This document shows, piece after piece, positions 1 to 12,879 of a stretch of 64,000 nt of DNA. This stretch comes from Camelus dromedarius. Its lineage: Eukaryota. The position numbers and the translations under genes are program-made. Within the stretch, counting starts at the first letter, position 1. Each line of letters begins with the position of its first letter. A model generated the notes under the pieces. The model ran no database searches, was not told the DNA's origin, and was given only the letters and a program-made list of their open reading frames with translations. Location of the stretch: assembly GCF_036321535.1 (NCBI RefSeq), contig NC_087449.1:11470001-11534000 (forward strand), in the 5' to 3' direction.

Positions 1-198
1 CATTATGTAGATACATAAACGTGCACACAGACTCACAGGTTCACTAATGAAACAAATAGCTTGTGTTTGTTTTTATGTTAAATATAGGCAGTGCACTCTG
101 ATCTTTCTTCTGCTCCTCTCTTTATTTTTTTGATGTTGATAGAGATCTACTAAATGATTTCACAGTCCATTAATGGACCACCACAGTAATTTGAAGAG
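1..198 (+). mobile_element. hAT/Charlie-type DNA transposon end fragment
   Basis: Ends with ctaaatgatttcacagtccattaatggaccaccacagtaatttgaaga, resembling the recalled Charlie-family terminus (actaaattgatttcacgacccactaatgggtcgcgacc...gtttgaaaaacactg). Subfamily not assigned. Confidence 0.45.
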
Positions 199-479
199 AA
201 TAATGTGTTCACATTTATGTGAACCAAATATGCTTTTCCCCTGCTAAATCACTTTTAAATCACTTGCAATTGATTATGAAATTATGAGAAATAAATTGCT
301 TGATATTAAACTGTTATGCAAAATAATTTATCATGTTATTATTTTTCACCTTCCAAATTCTACCTAATTAGGATTTCATATCCTCTATGCACCCTTCCCT
401 ATATCCACAATCAAAACCTTTGTCCCCCTAAAACTCTCAAGTAGTACAATGGACTTGTCTCTTCCACACAGCACACAAA

Positions 480-640
480 GATCTAGCTTTTAACAAAGTA
501 ACAGGTGTTCTTGCCTTCTTCATTAGCCTGTAAGCTCTTTAGGACTTAATACACATTGTGTAACTTATTTTGTTTTCCTTATAGTACTGATATGGTGATT
601 TCCACATAAGCACTTAACAAATGTCTATTGAATTCAATTT
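480..640 (+). mobile_element. L2 LINE 3' end fragment
   Basis: tagcctgtaagctcttt...cacataagcacttaacaaatgtctattgaatt resembles the L2 3' terminus (gcacatagtaggtgctcaataaatatttgttgaatgaa). Confidence 0.55.
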
Positions 641-1293
641 AGGAGGTAAGAAAAGAGCAAATGGTGAATGGTCATATAGATATTTCAGAAAGTTATGACA
701 GACAAGAGTGAAATTTAAAATATCAAAACTAAGAGGGCCATTCAATGTCATTTCCATCTTTCTCCATCTCAAGCATCTGTAAAGTGTTTTGTCTGTTAAG
801 ATTTTTAAAAACCATTATATGTGAACACAATTTTAATTTCTTCATCATGATACAAAACTTTCTAATACATTGCCACGTTAGTCCTACTTCTGCATGATTC
901 CCCTGGATGCTCACAAAACTGAGTTTTTTTGTTTGATTTTTAATCAACAACATCCGAGCCTCCTCTCACTGCTACTCCCCTACGTTCATAGTACCTCCTT
1001 TACCTGTCTTTTCTATCTGCCTCTAATGGGTATCTGACATCTGTCTCTTTGGTTTCAAGTAATAACTTATTTTGCAAGTATTTCCTATTTACATTGAGCC
1101 CCAAAGTGGAATAGATTTATAACTGTGAAAATGCCCACATACAATCAGCTTCTTATTTATAACCCAATTTAATATTCCAATTATACAACATTTTGACACA
1201 AACTGAGAGATGACAGAATGGTTTAAGTAATCAAATATGTTCTGAATTTGCTTTATATGTTTGTTTTACTGCCCTGTACTTCCAGGTAGACTC

Positions 1294-2464
1294 TGTGACT
1301 ATTTTGGTTAAGTTGATTGATATGGTTGGTTCACTTTGGGAGCCAAGCCAAGTCAGAACCTTAAGATCTAACAGAAATCGTGTGCACACCAGGGTGAACT
1401 CATCTGACATTCAACTTTAAATAACAGAAGGTGAGTTAGGAGAGAATTATGCTAGGCATCCCCAACAACTTTAAAGGAAAAGACATAGTAGGGATCAATA
1501 TGTTTAAAATATAGAAAGAAAAAAATCAGAAAATGAGACTTTGGCCCTGACCTGTGGAACCAGGAACACCTATTTAGGGAAAAGTTGGAGTTAAAGCAAA
1601 GCATTAAGGGAGAGAAGAGACATCATTCCAGGGTTCATCAGGAAAAAAGAAATCTATCTGTTACAAGTAGAAAGGGGATTTAATAAAGGAAATAATATGC
1701 TTAAATATATAGAGAAGGACAGGAGAACTGAAACTGGTTGGGCTCCGAGTGGAGGTTCAGCTGTGGTCCAAGGAGATAGAAAGATGTCATTGTCTCGTAA
1801 AGGTTAGAAACCTTCAGAAAATTGTGCAGCTCAATCATGCATCACTTTCAGAGAAAGAAATTTAGTCAGAAACTTAAAAACTCACATCTGTCTCATCACT
1901 TCCACCTCTTTCAGAAGAAAAGAATGTTTCTACCCCTCCTCTCTGTCTTCTGAGTATCTTGTGAGTACATTTTATGCTTAGCAGAACCTAAACCACATCG
2001 TCAATCCTGCAGAAAATCGGGGCTGGAGGTCTATGAAGCAAACAAAGGCCAATGGCAGACAGCATACACCAGTGGCCCATTGGTGAGACTCACAGAGAGA
2101 AAGCAGTAGCAGATACGCAAGACCCCTCTTGCCATGAAATTCTAGGCCGAGTATATAGAAATCAAGCAAGGACAAACATCAGATTTTAAAGAGTAGCCTC
2201 TGAAGCTTGAGTTTCGAGGGGTTCTTTGGAGGCTTCTGATTAGGAAAACAGTGACAGAATTAGGGACAAGGATACAGCAGCAATGTGACGTGTCACGATC
2301 GTTGCTGTGGTCTCTCATTCTTTTAATTCAGCATACATAGGATTGGAAATGCCAGCCCCTCCTCTGTGATATTGGGAGGCTGTACCCATGCCTTGTGATT
2401 GTAGTTAAGAAACTTGTTGAGCTAATAGCATTACTTATTTCTTATCAGGATTGGGTGAGTACTA
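1294..2464 (-). mobile_element. Probable ERVL-class LTR (3' LTR of the relic provirus), family unassigned
   Basis: On the minus strand it follows a polypurine tract (aggaaggggg, 2466-2475) at the end of ERVL-like internal sequence and ends in ...gtcaca at 1294. The outer boundary is uncertain. Confidence 0.45.
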
Positions 2465-2744
2465 GCCCCCTTCCTGATATAACTAAGGGAGCTGGAGTTC
2501 AAGTATTTTAGTTGAACAAGATTGAGTGCTTTAATTATTAGAGAGTAGCTAGTTTCCATGAAATCAATCCTTTTCATGTCTTAGACAAGGTAACCTTTAC
2601 TATTCTCTTCTTCCAGTTCATTTCTTTTACCCTCAGCCAGAATCTCATTATCGGTGCAGTAACAGATTGAAATTTCCATTACTTAAGGCAGCACTATTAT
2701 GCAAGTAATATTGCTTAAATGTATTATTTCCTAATCTTCACTCA
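2465..2744 (-). mobile_element. ERVL-type internal region, 3' end with PPT
   Basis: Minus strand gaactggaagaagagaatagtaaaggttaccttgtctaagacatga resembles the recalled HERV-L/MLT-int 3' internal sequence. The purine tract abuts the LTR. Confidence 0.5.
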
Positions 2745-3194
2745 TGTACTGCTAGAGAACTATGCATTTACCCCCTTGGCCATGTAGCTTTTTACCTCCC
2801 GTTAGTCAGAGTATATTTTCTTGCTCTTCAGATATTGCACTTGGCTGTATGACTTGTTTTGGCTTGTAGCATGTCAGCAGATGTGCTGTGAACGTGAGTC
2901 ATAAATATGATTTGCTCTCTGTGTTCTGACATAACAAGAGTATGTTCCAGGGTAGCCATCATGTTGTCCCTTCAGCCTCGTTTCAGAAAATTCATGGAGA
3001 AGATCTGAACCAACCCAGAAATTTGGGATCCAGCCTTGTTCAGTTGAGTTTGGCCCAGAGAAGCCTGATTTCAGCAGACTTCCATGTCAGTAAACGTGTG
3101 TGACAATGTTTGTCTTGTTAGCCTCTGAAATTCTGAGGTGGTGGTGGTGGTGTTGGAGATGTTGTTTCATTGTTATATAGAAGGAGCTAATACA
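2745..3194 (+). mobile_element. MLT1 (ERVL-MaLR) solo LTR
   Basis: TG start, core cttggctgtatgacttgttttggc...tgtcagcagatgtg, and 3' end ttgttatatagaaggagctaataca are all typical of MLT1. Confidence 0.75.
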
Positions 3195-3545
3195 GTTTGT
3201 CTTGATTGCACTGGCCACTGTAGTCTTCAGTGGTCTTTATTTTTGTTGTTTCTCTGAGAATGGTAACACTGTTCTCAAGTAACCTTAGAGGCATCCTTAG
3301 GGAATACCTTAGAGTATTCTTCTAGTGTCCGGCTGAGTTCTTCCTGCTGCCATTGTATAGTAGTGATCTTATCTTCCCTTAATGATAAGGTTTAACCACA
3401 TCAACCAGTAGAATAAACTTTTTTTCTCTGCCTGTTGGTTCAGTGGCATGAAAAATCCAGAAGATGACAGTCTCAATTTCTACTTCAGTGGAAGCATTGC
3501 TGTGTCCTGTAGTGGAATCATTCATCTCTTGGTGATTATAATTTT
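3195..3545 (-). mobile_element. ERVL-type internal relic, dUTPase-like segment
   Basis: Minus strand ...ccactacaggacacagcaatgcttccactgaagtagaaattgagactgtcatc...catgccactgaaccaacaggcagagaaaa...gttgatg...aagatcactactatacaatggcagcaggaaga aligns by eye with the recalled HERV-L dUTPase region (PPGDTTMIPLNWKLRLPPGHFGLLMPLNQQAKKG...LLLHNGGKEEY). No intact frame. Confidence 0.65.
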
Positions 3546-3916
3546 TGTGGCAGAAAAACTTAGGGTCAATAAATATTAATGTACTCCTTATAGTCCTTAA
3601 AGTTGACTTAGGGCCATGTGACTGAGTTCTGGCCAGTGGAACTGTGAGTGGAGATGAATCACAGCTGATCTGTGGCACTTTAGAAATGGCACGTCTTCTT
3701 CATCACTCTTTTTCTTTATCAGCCAGATTTTGGAAGCCATGTATTGAGAATGAAGAACTTCAAAATGGTTGGAGCCAGTCCCCCTGCATCAGAGGATAGA
3801 AGAGAGATTCCGCCAAACTTAACAGGAGCAAGAAATAAACCTCTGTGGAGTTAAACCACTGACATTTTGGAGATCTTTTGCTATATAACTAAAAATTAAT
3901 TAGCATGATTATGACA
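3546..3916 (+). mobile_element. MLT1J-type LTR
   Basis: Starts tgtggcaga, has core gggccatgtgactgagttctggccagtggaactgtgag, then aataaa and a 3' end ...gcatgattatgaca. Confidence 0.75.
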
Positions 3917-4386
3917 AACTGAAATCCAGTGAAGTCCAAAGTTTTGGGGATAGTAAGTAAAACATTATTGAGTTATAGGCTATAGTTATACTGACTTTCA
4001 TTCTTTGGCTCCCAGACAAATACAGTCTAGCTGTAAGAGAAAGATCACCATATGGTGGTTACTCATTCAAACATGTTCATAATGGCACCTGAACTTCCAG
4101 TGTTTTTCTCCCAATTTGGACAGTAATTGAATCTCCAATAAGCTTATTTCAATACTGTCTAGGGCCACTTACATCTGGGTGATGGAGTGAACATTAAAAC
4201 CCATACATTGTACAAGGTGATGGTTACTTTGTTTATTTGGTTCCAAAATTAATTTCTTGAGCAGAAGCAGACTTTTTCATGTAAAATTGTAGGAGGAAGT
4301 AAGTCTAGAGATGTTAGTGCTTACATTCATCTTGGGTAATCAAGATAATTAGTTTTATGTCCTTGGTGTATGTCTTATTAAGTGAA
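3917..4386 (-). mobile_element. ERVL-type internal relic, integrase-like segment
   Basis: Minus strand catcacccagatgtaagtggccctagacagtattgaaataagcttattgg (HHPDVSGPRQY*NKLI) resembles ERVL integrase HHPEAAGLIERWNGLL. The next ~120 nt also track the recalled consensus. Confidence 0.55.
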
Positions 4387-5400
4387 TGTGGCAGAAATAA
4401 GTTAGCTATTTCTAACCAAATTTGTTTTCTGCTGGGCACACAGCTAGTTTACTGTGGCAGAATGTGTTTTCTAAGGATGCTGGCAACAGTATCTCCCATC
4501 CCCCATTCTCCCATTCAGTGAGGTCTTGCTACTCTTCCACCTAAGAAGTGAGGTCTGTTTTTCTGCTCTTTTGAAACAGGGTAGGGACTCTGAGCAATGG
4601 AATATGGCAGACGCAGCACTGTGCCAATCCCAGCGTGATTCTGAGTAGAAGTGTTTCCTTTTCCTGCTCTCTCATATGCTTGATCTTAGGATGCTTCCTC
4701 TAGCAATTTAGATATCATGTTGTAAGAATCCCACATCACATGAAAAGGCTACCTGTGGGTGTTCTGGTCTACCACCTCAGTTGCGCTACCAGTCCACGTG
4801 CGATACCAATTGTCAATAATGTGAATGAGCCATCTTGAATTTGCAAGCCTTGAGCTAGTCTTCTTATGGTTCCTGACCCAGCCAAATTCAAAATGAAATC
4901 ACAGGAGATCCTACATGAAAACTATCCAGCTGAGTCTGGTGAACTGTCAGAACCATGAGAGATAACAATTAATCCTTTGAAGGCGCTAAGATTTGGAGCG
5001 TTTTGTTTTGTTTTGTTTTTATGCAAGAATAGATAACTAAACAACTACATTCCTAACCTCCTCTAGAGTTCAATTTTGACTGTAGCTATATGATCATGTT
5101 CTGGCCAATGGAATGGGTACTGAAGATGTTAAAAACTATTATCTGACTTGGCCCAAAATAATGTTCATGTAGTCTAATACCCTTACTGTTTTTCCTTACT
5201 TGGGAGTTGATGACCAGGATGACCCAGAAACCACACAGGGAAGAATTCAAAGTTTAAGTCAGACTGGGTCCTTGAATGGAATCCCAACCACCAGCACAAA
5301 TGAGACTTAGACTTGCTTGGCTAAGCAATACATTTTTCTTGGGTCAAACAATATTTGAGGGTCTATGTTCTAGCAGGTAGAGTTAATTTATATAATGTGA
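4387..5400 (+). mobile_element. MLT1J-type LTR split by a nested MLT1 LTR
   Basis: Left part tgtggcaga...ctgggcacacagctagtttac (4387-4452) resumes at actacattcctaacctcc...atgttctggccaatggaatg (5044 onward), matching consensus CTGGGCACACAGCTAGACTACATTTCCCAGCC. Confidence 0.7.
4453..5043 (+). mobile_element. MLT1G/H-type solo LTR nested in an MLT1J-type LTR
   Basis: Starts tgtggcagaatgtgttttctaaggatgctggcaacagtatctccc and ends gcaagaatagataactaaaca. Flanked by tttac/actac, a decayed 5-bp TSD. Confidence 0.8.
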
Positions 5401-5560
5401 TATTCTGGCATGTTCCTGAAACTCTTAACCCTTTAACTTCCTTGTCTATGTAGAGGAGATACTGACCCTCATACCTCACTGAGTTCCTGTAAATAACAAT
5501 TTCATACTGGTTCTTAAGATGACTTTCAAACTGAAAAGAAGAATAAAATAGCAATCATAT
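5401..5560 (-). mobile_element. Possible ERVL pol (RNase H) relic
   Basis: ORF 5363-5554 contains EIVIYRNSVRYEGQ, loosely similar to ERVL RNase H AWFTDGSARYAGT, in the expected order relative to the integrase relic. Confidence 0.3.
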
Positions 5561-7719
5561 TGATAATGATCCCTCTAGTTTTTGAAACAAAGTATTTTAG
5601 AAGGGTTACACAGTATAGATTTTGGAATCAGATGTGTTTGATTCATCGGTCATTACTGTGTGACCTGGGAAGTTATTTGGGGTTTTTTATTTGATTTAAT
5701 AAGATTGTAATATATAATTGGCCATAATTAGAACCTATTAGTATTCAACATATATCCATTTACTTCTTCTTAAAAATAAATGTATCAGTTCCTGGGAAGA
5801 AAAGTTATTAGCACCCACGATCCTAATAGTAGGAATTCTAGTTTATTGTCAGCTTAAGAACTCATAACTGATCTGACAAATCATCACCTGACTTCAGTTT
5901 TCCTTGATTTGGCTTAATTCATTCTTTTTTGTTGGTAGCAACTGGAGAAACAATGAATGAATGAATGAATGAATGTAAAATTTGAGGAAGAAAGAAAAAG
6001 ATCCAATATTTTACACTAACCTTAGCAAAAATAGTATGATATTTTTCTCCACCAATGTAATAAGTAATTAAGTAATTACGCATAAATAGAAAAGCTAGGT
6101 AATTTAGGGAAGGCATTTGTCATGAGGGTACATGGCTAGAGAGATCAACATTTTTCTGTCAGACAAAATCCATAAGGGAGAAAGAGTTCTAATTCAAGAA
6201 ATGCATTTCAGCTACAATCCAGAACAAAGGTTATGTAAAATAAAGAGATTTAGCTCAGAGGACATATGTAGTTAAAAGAGAGAGTTTTGAGATGAAGAAA
6301 GAAATATAATGTTTGGGATTTCAAGGAAAACTAATCACGAGCTATTTAACACTCATTAAAATGACTGTAGGTTCACATCAAAACTGTCTTAACAATATGA
6401 CATTTTCAAGCTTATAAATATTTCACAACAATTTAAATGAGTATTATAAAGATTATAGCCAATTAGAAGTACTGTAGACTCTTTATATCTGTCCAATGCA
6501 GAATGCAGCAAATTTTTTTTTTTTAGTTTGAAGTGGTGCTATATAGTATATTGCCAATAGCTTGTGACTCCACCTGAATAAAACATTTTAGCATGTTTTT
6601 TTTTTTTTTACAATATTTTTAATTGGAAAGATACATTACTCATTTAGTATCTCTTTATCTCTGTTTCATAATTACCTTGAAAATGGGAGTCCATATGGCA
6701 GATGAGCAATATTTAATAAAAATAACTGACTAGCTTGCCAGAAACAGTGATGTTATGGTGAAAAGATTCACACATTACATAATTCATGATTTTTATGGGA
6801 GACATAGGGTTAGTTATAAGAATTGTTTTGAGTTTAGAGTCTAACCAAGATATGCCACTGTTTCAAAATGAATAATGCAGATAACATCTACCCTTCATGA
6901 ACTACAGAGCAGAGAAAGCAGCTATCTAAAACATCTCATTAGGGAAAAAAAATGAATTGTGAGGAACATTCCAGCACCTTGTTGGAGAATCTTGAAAGTC
7001 TTTTTTTTTTTCTTTTCTCAATTTATTTGTAAAACAAGTTTGCACATTTTCTAAAGTCTTTGGGAAATTAAAAGCTAATTGAACAAAATGATCCCTTTCC
7101 CCCTTCTTTTCAGATAAGCTGATAAAATATTTTATCATGAAGTTTTATATAGCACAAATGATGCAGACTATCAAGATGATAAGACTGTCAAAATAAATAA
7201 ATAAAAAGCTTATGCCTGGGAGAGACACAATGAGCCCAACTCATTACAGCATCGTTCTTAGCACAAGACTGGAGTTTGCCTGGTGTCAGCACTTCCTCCA
7301 CTCCTGCTTCTGTTGATAACATGAATGGAATTATAAAGATTCGTTTCAGATTCCAACTCAGACTTAAACAAATAAAGTATACTTTTTATGGTCAGCTATT
7401 TGGGAAATGGAGTACATGAAGCATGATTGCTCAAACCAAAAAAGTAAGGCATTCTCTCCCTCCCCCTAACTGCTGCCTCAAAAAGAAGAATTCATTTCTT
7501 CTCTATAATTTGATTTTACTGATTTTGCAGAATTTATTAATGGTTAATAACAATTATATGAGTATAAGGAAGATATTCTAAATGGTACTTAGAGCTGCTG
7601 TCCAAAAATCTCTGTCAACATTGTTTGGGCATGGTTTAAAAATCCAGACATTACAGACAGATGTGAAGAGAATTTAAAAAGTCTACCTCACTGCATAGTT
7701 TTCAAAACAGGTATGCTGT

Positions 7720-8640
7720 TAGGAACATATTTGTGTGTGTGTGTATATACATGGAATAATATTATATGCACTATTCCACATTTTTGGTTTTTTTTCATTT
7801 AAGTATATATTATTTCCATCTCTCTATACCAGCATATATATGTTGATAAGATTCTTTACAATGGCTACATAATATTCTATTGAGTGGGCATGTCAAAATT
7901 AATTAATAAGTACTGTATAGATGAATGATGTATGTAGTTTATGCTTCTTTTGCTATTATAAGCAGTGATTCATTGACTATACTTACACAGATACCACACT
8001 ACCTTCAAACTAGGATACGAACCCCTCAGCTAGTTGCACGTATTGTGTCAAAGGACCGTAACTTCCTTGTTAACCTCTTTCACTCCAGTCCCTAGAATAC
8101 TCCTGTTTCATAGAGGAGTTCAGTAAATATTACATGTTGATAGTAACTGCACTTATGTAATTTGTGTGAATTCTAGCAGAGTAAATTCCTAGCAGTGTGA
8201 TCTATGTCAGTTGGTACATGCAATTTTAATTTTAATAGATATTGCCAATTTTTCCTCCAAATAGTTGGCACCTGCAGTATGTGAAACCGCACATTTCTCC
8301 ACTCCTTCACAAGCTCGGAATATTATCAAAACGTTTGCATGTTTCTGTATCTAATTGGTAAAAATAAAATAATGAAGATATCTTATTTTTATTTGCATTT
8401 CTTAAATGATAAGCGAGATGGAAATATTTCTCATGCTTACTGAGTATTTGTAATTATTTTTTATTCAACGTGCCTGTTGTGCTGGCAGGCTACTTTGCTT
8501 ATTGCTCTTTATGAATCCATTGTACATTGAAGTAGGTAGCTCATTGTCAGGCTTTTTCCTGGCGAATGTGTTTGTTTTCTGCGGTTTTCATTCTAATATT
8601 TGTAAGTTTTATCCTCTACATACATTATGTTATACACATT
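7720..8640 (-). mobile_element. Old L1 (L1ME-like) fragments
   Basis: aatggctacataatattctattgag, cttttgctattataagcagt, gagtaaattcctagcagt...caattttaattttaatagatattgccaa are typical antisense L1M 3' sequence. Confidence 0.7.
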
Positions 8641-8659
8641 CTATTTTTTTCTCCTACAG

Positions 8660-8800
8660 AATTTATTTATGGAACATATACCTAGGGACTATCTTTACAT
8701 GGCAGGTACTCTTCTAGGTGCTTGGAATACATTACTGAACAAAACAAAGGTGTCTGTCCTTGCAGAAAAATATTCATTATATCAGTAAATATGTTTGCTG
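8660..8800 (-). mobile_element. L2a 3' fragment
   Basis: tttatttatggaac...ggcaggtactcttctaggtgcttggaatacattactgaacaaaacaaagg is the antisense L2 3' end. Confidence 0.7.
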
Positions 8801-9109
8801 ATATCTCCATAACATAGGAAATCCAGCTTAATTTTTTCTCCAATTGGGTAGCCTTGTCTTTCATAAAAAGTTTACTGGATTATTCCCATTAATTAGAAGT
8901 ATCCTTTCCATCATAAATTAAATGTATTTTGATCTATTTATAACTCCCTACTCTGTCTCAACTTCATATTTAGTGATACGAAATCTAGTAGATTCAAAAT
9001 ACATTTTAATACGTAGAAGTACTACATTTTAAATCTTCCTTGTTTATAAAATATAAATTTTATTTTCCAAGATTTCCTTGGGTACATTTATATTTATTAT
9101 TTGCATAAA

Positions 9110-9430
9110 TCTCAGTACTGCTTTTTCACTTACTAATACCGAGAAGTGTCCCTTTTACTGATAAGCTGTAATTCACGTGTTCATTCACCAATGGAGAAAC
9201 ATTTATGTTGTTTCTAATTTTTGCATGTTATTAACAAAGGTGTTAGGAATATTTACACATAAATCTTTGGACATGGATTTTCATTTCTCTTGGGAAAATT
9301 ATGATTGATAGGTCATATGTTGTGTCTTTCATGTTACAAGAAACTGCCAAACTCTTTTGCAAAATTGTTGCACTATTTTATATTCCTACCAGCAATATAT
9401 GTCTGGTTGATACTGCATATTTTTTAACCA
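9110..9430 (-). mobile_element. Old L1 (L1MC/ME-like) fragment
   Basis: ttcattcaccaatggagaaacatttatgttgtttctaatt...gaaactgccaaactcttttgcaaaattgttgcactattttatattcctaccagcaat. Confidence 0.75.
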
Positions 9431-10975
9431 TAGGAATTTACACACTCTCTAAATGTATACTTGTAGAATTGTATAAAGTTTTACAAAGGAAGAGGATGGA
9501 TCTATTTTTATTTAGCCTAGCACAATCCCAGACATGCCGTAGGCACATCATTCTTTGTTAACATAAAACAAATTGAATCCAAATATTGACTTTAAGTTGA
9601 TGTGAGAATATGTTTCTAGATTAAAAAAATAATAATAACCTAATCTCTTAAATTTGATGGTTTACACAGCTAGTAACTGAAAAGACCAGGCCTTGCCTAA
9701 CTGCATTTCTAAGCCAGGTGAGCGGCTGCACATGTTTATGTGAGGATGCTTGGTTGTAAAGTCAGTGTACAGAGTACTGCTCGTGCAGCACGCCCTCTTT
9801 TTCTCTTGGCCATCACATAAACTTCTAAACATACAGATAACCGTAATCAAAAAAGGTATTGATTTCAAAATGGGAAAATTATATGAATGTTTAGAGATAA
9901 TGAATTAAATCAAGGAGACAACCAGCTAAAGTACGTTGAAATGCTTATGATAATGTCATTTTAGGGAAAATGTCACTGGAAACAGTAATAAAGTCACTAA
10001 TCAAACTACTCTTTTGTACCAGAATAGGAGAAATGTTAATGTAAAACAGCTATAGTGGCTTAGGACCCATCATTCCACTGAAAACCTCCTTAATTTACTG
10101 TCTTTTTCTACAAATCCGTTTTTCTTAGGAGGGTAAAAAAAAAAAAGAGCAGATGTTTATTGAATAGAATTGTGTTTTACATGATGTTTTTTATACCCAT
10201 GGCAACACTGAGCAGTCCAAGAAGTGACTTACTGAATAAAAATAGCCACGGTTATCTGCTTAGTCACAGGACAGAAACAGCATTTGGCATTATAAAAAAT
10301 GTGTTTGAAGAGATGAAGCACTCTGAGAAAATGTGGAAATCATTAATAATGTCATCAGAAGCTACTTTATTAAGTGCATAGCATGACACTGGTATTAGAG
10401 CATTTCTTTATGTACCATGAGATCTGTAACATCTGCCTAGAGAATCATTGAAACTGTCATCAATTTACTGACATATATTAAGGCCAGTTCTTGAAACAAT
10501 TGCAGAACTTTTTCTTCCTCGTTACTCTGAAATCTCTAACAGACATGAATTCATGGCTTACTATGAGCCCCCAAAAGGAAAATAAAACTCCAAAAGAATA
10601 CCAGTATTCTTTGTAATTTCTTTCACGTGTGTGTTGTGTGTGTAATAATTGCTACCTTTTTAATTCATGACTTTGATGAGAACTGCTATTTTAGTAATTT
10701 TAAGCTATTAGCTCAAAATATTCAACAAGCTAAAAGTTTTTAGTGTATGTGCTGAAGAGGAGAGCCCAAATGATTAAAACGACATTATTTGACAGAGCAT
10801 GTCAATTCTCAAATACTAGATATTGACAGTCAGCTAGTTACCTGTGGATCTTACCTATAATTCAAAAGTTTCGCATACTCACTGTTTAGATTTAAGTGTC
10901 TATGTCTTCAGAGAGAAAGAAGATGACTTATACTCATTTTTTAAATTTCCTTTACTCTCCCATGAGATTCCTCTC

Positions 10976-11070
10976 TATAACTGAATCACTATGCTGTACA
11001 CCAGAAATTAACATGACATTGTAAACTAACTACACTTCAATAAAAAAAGTGCGATACAATAAAATAAAAA
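10976..11070 (+). mobile_element. L1 3' terminal fragment (laurasiatherian type) with A-rich tail
   Basis: tataactgaatcactatgctgtacaccagaaattaacatgacattgtaaactaactacacttcaataaaaaaa. Confidence 0.85.
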
Positions 11071-11589
11071 GAAGTCGAAAACCAGATGAAAGACAGCCAT
11101 TGGCTGAAAATCTGAACACTTAGTTTTCTGAATATTTTAATTCATATGCAAACTGTGTAGGATAGTGGAAATTCAGGATAAAATTTGTGAAAGGGTAAAA
11201 CAGGTTTTTATCTTCATGTAATGGTATATGCTAATTTTCAGGTGCACCAAAGAAATGTTTTCATTTGAAGATGGATTTATTTGTGCCTTGCCAATTAACT
11301 GTCTTGAACAAATACAGAAGAAAAACAGATACATGATAGCTAAGGAAATAAAGACCAGTAGGTAAACAGGACTAAGGCACACAGGAGACGTAAGAGAAAG
11401 AACACTTGAATTAGTCTGGAGAAAAGGGGACAGTGGTCAATTTCAAATAAGGTGGTGGAAGTGGTGGTTACGTATAGTCTTTCAAAGAAATTCCAATAAC
11501 CTGCACGTTTAGTGTGAGTCTTCTACTATAAAAATCCATGTGTACTGAGACACCCTGCCATTGGTGACAATGTTGAATTTAACTATATA

Positions 11590-11810
11590 CAGTTGACCAT
11601 TGAACAACATGAATTTGAACTGTGTGGATCCACTTATAGCCAGATTTTTTTCAAAAGTAAATAATAAATACTACAATACTATAGATCCATGGTTGTTTGA
11701 ATCTGTGGCTGTGGAACTATGGATACAGAGAGTCAACTATAAACTATACTTGAATTTTCTGCACAAAGGGTCAGTGTCCGTAACTCCCAAGTTGTCCAAG
11801 GGTCAAGAGT
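11590..11810 (+). mobile_element. Tigger2a-like MITE (TcMar-Tigger)
   Basis: TA then cagttgaccattgaacaacatgaatttgaactgtgtggatccacttata at the left end, and a decayed right TIR gttgtccaagggtcaag. Confidence 0.85.
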
Positions 11811-12879
11811 GTTTTTAAAAGGCAATGAATTACCTTTCTCGGGTGTTTTTTCTTCTAAAATGTTGTTACATCATATATCGTCTCATTTTGTTTTTATATA
11901 TTATTGAGATTAGATCTAACCCAGTTTTTCACATACGAAATGTCAATTTCATAACTAACTTACATTCTCCTTTAAATAATTCTAAAGTTGTGTTTAAAAG
12001 TTCTAGTACTAGAACTTTTACTTAAATAGCAATTCCTTTTCTAGGTAAGGTCATCTTTCCTTCTATGTTTTAGGAGGGATATCCTAGTCAGCTATAGAAT
12101 ATGACCTTATTTTTACATTTAATGTAATTGTTTATCAACAAAACTTAGCAGTGTCTAGGTCAGGGTAGAAAAGGAAACATTTCTGAGTCAAGAGCTGTTA
12201 AAGCCAATTCGAGTGAGATTCTTAAGGACAGAGATTTTGTTATGAATGAAATGACTGGTAAATGAAGAAACCAAATCAGTGCTGTGGGTTGAATGGTGAT
12301 GAAACTGACACATAAGCATATAAATAGACTCACCTAACTGTTTATAATTTAAAATCTGGGGTATTTTCTCTTCGTTCGCAATGCTATACCTTATATTGCA
12401 GCATATTTCTCTTATTTCTTCATTTATTTAACCAAACTATGCAATTGTACTATAAATTATTCAATTTGCAGTTCAGTGAATGTGTCCTTTGTATGGTTTT
12501 CCCCTGAGCCATGCTAAGTTCCTAAGTATATGGATTTTTCTATTTCTTATGCTGCATTTCCCAGATGCTTGAGCTATATGCTTAAATGAGCACACATATA
12601 AGAAATACTTTTTGATTACAAATACCGAAAGCTGGGTTTTAGAAAGAATAGGAAAATAACCTCTCAGTGGCTCAAGTCTTGCTGTCAAACATGAGAATTT
12701 AATCAATTTTGGATTTGATAGCCTACCATTTTTTTCCTAACAGCTTTTCTCCTTGAGCTCTGATTTAACCTAATAATAAGAATTTATTTAAATGTTACTG
12801 TATGTCTTGTAGTACACACAGACATGAAAGTGCATCACAAAGATAGATTGCCATCTGACTACACACAAAAAAGAGACTA

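Noticed and set aside
3379-3678. 99-aa ORF
   Set aside because: Chimeric across an MLT1 LTR and ERVL internal sequence.
10877-10925. 23-nt minus-strand microexon candidate
   Set aside because: Not a multiple of 3, AAG acceptor, no partner exon. Chance level.
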